A stretch of DNA of 38,976 nucleotides from Nemertoderma westbladi (Eukaryota > Animalia > Xenacoelomorpha): positions 1 through 38,976 of the forward strand of contig JAUCBJ010001766.1 of assembly GCA_032718475.1 (NCBI GenBank), given 5' to 3'. Position 1 is the stretch's first letter. Each line of letters begins with the position of its first letter. This document shows positions 35,401-38,976 of this stretch, piece after piece. The position numbers and the translations under genes were made by a program. The notes under the pieces are model-generated. The model did no database searches and had not been told where the DNA came from. It was given only the letters and a program-made list of their open reading frames with translations.

Positions 35401-36383
35401 ACAAAGCGTTCCGGAGTTATAGCGGATCGAAAAAAATTGACCCCCCCCAGTCGCCAAAAATTTACAGTAATTTAAAATTTTGCAAAAAAAATTTTTTGCG
35501 TTATTTTTGATGGCGAATCGATTGGCAGTACTGGCTACGAAAAATTTTTTTTGAAATTTTTGGTCAGAAAAAAAACATGGAAAAAGTATATTTTTAAAAA
35601 GATTTGATGTCTTTGCCTATGGTCAGAGAATGATCCAACTCTGTAACTTGGCAATCGCTCAAATCCATTCAGCTGAATGGCACAGTAGAGTAAACTAAAG
35701 TAAATTCCCTATACAATGTTCTGAAGGGGTGACTGAAGAGAGTAATCCAACAATAAAACATTTTGCAATAATGTTGGCATTAATGTAGCCAACACACTGT
35801 ACTTAACAGTCATTCAGCTTACATTAGCAGAGTGAGATATTACCATAGATTGCATTGGGAAGAGTAATTCAGCTGAGGCGATATTAGATTTCAAACTAAA
35901 CCAACGAGTTAATGTTTGCTTTGACAGAGAGTGGTGGCCTATACAAACAGTATGGGTGTACTGAGTATAATAATCTTGGCAACCTCATCGATTTATTACT
36001 AAGCCTTCTGTAGAAATGCATTACATAAGCCATTTTTCATCACGACACCAGCTGTCATGGGTGTTATTTTACCATTGTGCCTATGGCGTTTTTTCGTTTA
36101 TGTCTATTTTTCGAGCCCACGGCTCATGGACGAAATAGCGGAACATACAAGGGACCTTAGAATCGCGGTATCTAGCCGCTGTGAAAATTTCATCAAAATC
36201 GTTAGAGTAGTTTTGGCTGTAGATCAGTCAGTCAGTCAGTCAGCCAGCCAGCCAGCCAGTCTCGAGCAATTCTTACAGTAATGAACCTCTCGGTTCCTAA
36301 TAAACTTTTCTCACTTACTATTGGCTGCGTTTTTTTTCCTTTTACTATAAACTTGGATCCATATTCTTCCGTTTCTCCCGTAG

Positions 36384-36934
36384 ATACGTTCTCGGAATTA
36401 CCGTGTGGGACGACGGGGACCCTCCCAAGTCCGACTCCACCGAACTCACGGTCGCCGTGGAGGACGTCAACGATAACCGACCCCGATTCACCCAATCGCT
36501 GTACCGAGCGCTCGTCTACGAGGACGCGACTCCGGGCACGCCGGTATTCCGGGTGAAGGCGACGGATCCGGATGCCGGTCCCAACGGGGCGGTCCGCTAC
36601 TCGCTGGCGTCCACGGATCCCGAGTTCGCGGTGGACCCCGCGAGCGGCGTGGTCCGCGTCGCCCGTGCGTTGGATCGCGAACGACGCGACTCCTACCGCC
36701 TCCGGATCCGCGCCTCCGATTCGTCGCCCTCGAGTCCGCTCTCCGCGGTGGCGGTGGCGCGAGTCGCGGTCGCCGACCGCAACGACAACCCGCCCCGCTT
36801 CCAACCCCCCGATTCCCGGACGAGAGTTCGCGAAGATTATCCCCGCGGATCCGTCGTTATCGCTCTGACCGCTTTCGATCCAGACGACGGTCTCGGCGGG
36901 GAGGTTCGCTATTCATTCGTCAGTGGAGACAACG
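36384..36934 (+). CDS. FAT1: Fat-like cadherin exon 8
   Basis: TTTCTCCCGTAG| (R)YVLGITVWDDG...EDVNDNRPRF...ATDPDAGPNG...LDRE...DRNDNPPRF...SGDN then G|GTGGGT; 551 nt, phase 2-1. Confidence 0.94.
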
Positions 36935-37283
36935 GTGGGTTCTAAAATCAATCATAATGTTTATCTATGTAACTCAACTTTATTTCCCTATCAGCTGTGT
37001 TGAATATATCCCTAACTAAAGTTAAACGCTACACTTTATTGTACAAACAGTACACTTTATTTTCTCCATTGTATATCTTGAAGTGAATTGCCCAAATATT
37101 GTTGAAATATGCAGAAAGACGCTACATAAATATATGTATATGTATATTATTGTTATTATTATTATCTTATCTTGACTACTTTATGTCCCTTTAGTGTATA
37201 TATTCCTACTGTACTTTACCCCCCCCCCCCCCCCCCCCCCCCCCTCCAACTAGATTTCATTCTAACTTTATTTCCCTGTCTAG

Positions 37284-37634
37284 GTGACTTTTTGATCGAC
37301 CCGGTTACCGGGACTGTCCGGGTCTCGGGTTCCCTTGACTACGAGACACGTCGTCTGTACAACGTGACCGTGCAGGCTCGGGACCGAGCCGCCAACCATC
37401 TCAGCAGTTTCTCCCGGCTCATCCTCGAGATCGTTGACGTGGACGAGAACTGGGCCAGGCCCAGGTTCCCCGCGGGTTTCTACAGTTCCTGGGGGGTCCG
37501 AGAGGGGGCGCCCAAGGGGGAGGTGGTCGCCGAACTGGTTGCCACGGACGCCGACGTTGGTAGGGACGGCGAGATTGATTACATCATCGTCGGGGGCAAC
37601 GGGGTCGGGAGGTTCGCTCTGGACAAGGATAGCG
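37284..37634 (+). CDS. FAT1: Fat-like cadherin exon 9 (gene continues beyond the window)
   Basis: CCTGTCTAG| (G)DFLIDPVTG...LDYE...IVDVDEN...ATDADVGRDGEIDY...DKDS then G|GTGAGT; 351 nt, phase 1-1. Confidence 0.94.
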
Positions 37635-37833
37635 GTGAGTCGATTACAGACGATCACTTCCGATTCATAAGATACTTTCAAGAAATACTTTCGTTATTTT
37701 TCCTCTAGACCAACATTATGGACTTAGTAAGTCTTACTAGGTCTAACATGAAGGAATCAAGTATTTCGATTAGATTTTCACTTGTCAGTTTACGCGTAAC
37801 ACCCTCAGTACTAAATCGTCATACCTAAATTAA

Positions 37834-38205
37834 TTAAACCGTGCTAAGCAATTTGCCCCCTAGCGGCAGACCTAAAAGTCGATCTGTGTGTCAAATTTCT
37901 ATTTAAGCAATGCGCGTAGGCTACTACTACCAAATTTCAGATGAATCTGATGGTTGGTTAAACTATAATTACAGCTACTTTTACGTGTCTGTCAATTTGC
38001 CCCCTAGCGGCAGACAGCGGAACTGCTGTAGAAGTTTGTCTGTGTGTAGAATTTCTAACCTTTTGATAGACTACACGTGTACCAAGTTTGGTTCCATTTC
38101 ATCAATGATAGACCGACTTTTAGCGTTCAAACATTCCAGCCACACACAAACAAACAAACAAACTAGTAATAGCTGCAGGAACTCGAGCAGAGCTCCATGC
38201 GATAA
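37834..38205 (-). mobile_element. Helentron/HINE-like family 2, copy 2
   Basis: Aligns with 1667-2050. (CAAA)n microsatellite, then GAGC-AGA-GCTC short inverted repeat overlapping subTIR AGAGCTCCA (38189-38197). Confidence 0.55.
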
Positions 38206-38976
38206 AATAAATTACATCACAGGTTACAGGTTATCCCCCTATTATAATTATATTATTATTATTGGAATTTTATATGAAGAATTTATATATTTTTTTAATA
38301 TATCCTTTAGTTATGTTTATAGCGCTTATTATTTCTACTTAACATTTTACAACAGATACTGATTAATTCGTTTATTGTTTTGGTTACATTCATCCCTTCT
38401 GTAACCTGGGTTTTAGAAAAAAACATGGTATTCTCTAGTTAACAGAATTAAATCATTAACCAGTTAATAATATCAATTCATTAGTAATTCAATATTATAG
38501 ATTCCCTGACACCAGGAACGCCTAGTAAATAATTATTGATTTCCTTTTCCAAACCACAAAATAATAGAATAGCTGCTGCTGACCCATTGCTTTACAACTC
38601 CCCTCGTTCCAGTTGCTTTACTGTCCCCTTTGTGTGGCGTTTCGGGTTTTCCTTTCAACCCAGGGATGAAAGCCTGTGCCTAAATGGCCCCCAACTCTGT
38701 GCAACTATTGTGGGCCCCTGTTTTATAATCAGCGCTAGTAGACACCTTGACGCCCAATTTTTCCTTTATTGTTCGCTCTAACGGTCATTCAACTCTGCGT
38801 GACTCATCAATATCAATTTATATTAAGTGAAGTGTATAACCTCAACTACACCATGTCCTGGAACATAGTTAGTATCGTTATTCAGGTACCCCCCCCCCCC
38901 CCCCCCCAACCCCCACCCCCCAGATTGCATGAAATTTGAAACAGAGATAGTTTCACATCCCTCCTCCTTACTGGGT

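Larger units (their letters stand above)
26580..36298 (-). mobile_element. Head-to-tail array of six Helentron/HINE-like non-autonomous elements (family 1)
   Basis: Units 26580-28079, 28089-30278, 30281-31762, 31765-33326, 33327-34801 and 34804-36298. Each has hairpin CGGGCC-TAGC-GGCCCG plus subTIR AGGAACCGA at one end, and a (CAGT/CAGC)n microsatellite plus GAACC-TCTC-GGTTC(CT) at the other. Flanks and three of five junctions are AA (TT on the minus strand). Confidence 0.8.

Noticed and set aside
26884-36281. Recurrent short ORFs in the 1.5-kb units and pentamer ORFs
   Set aside because: Lengths vary between copies through indels, the sequence is Phe/Lys-rich or low complexity, and there are no Rep, helicase or transposase motifs.
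36232-37681. Antisense and off-frame ORFs over exons 8-9 (also 24774-25145)
   Set aside because: Shadows of GC-rich cadherin exons.

Overview
AT-rich, repeat-dense animal (probably invertebrate) genomic DNA; nothing prokaryotic and no CRISPR. The only recognisable host gene is the 5' part of a FAT1/2/3-type (Fat-like/kugelei) giant cadherin on the + strand. I reconstructed nine coding exons by hand (12075-12959, 14978-15208, 16696-16948, 18226-18357, 19711-19943, 24170-24334, 24780-25384, 36384-36934, 37284-37634). All have GT-AG boundaries and matching phases, total about 1135 codons, and the gene continues past the window. The upstream region and introns hold a broken Penelope-like retroelement (RT + GIY-YIG), MITEs with hAT, PIF/Harbinger, Mutator/foldback and piggyBac-type ends, SINE and LINE fragments, minisatellites, and a 9.7-kb head-to-tail array of six Helentron/HINE-like elements. 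Best candidate for an undescribed system: a 365-bp foldback in intron 2 (15321-15685). Each of its two divergent arms carries a tRNA-like Pol III unit with a minimal type I hammerhead ribozyme motif placed between the A-like and B boxes, so there is one ribozyme motif on each strand. Second: two minisatellites amplify the gene's own splice sites (18 copies of the exon 5 acceptor; many copies of the exon 3 donor). All calls are by eye; no searches or folding programs were run.
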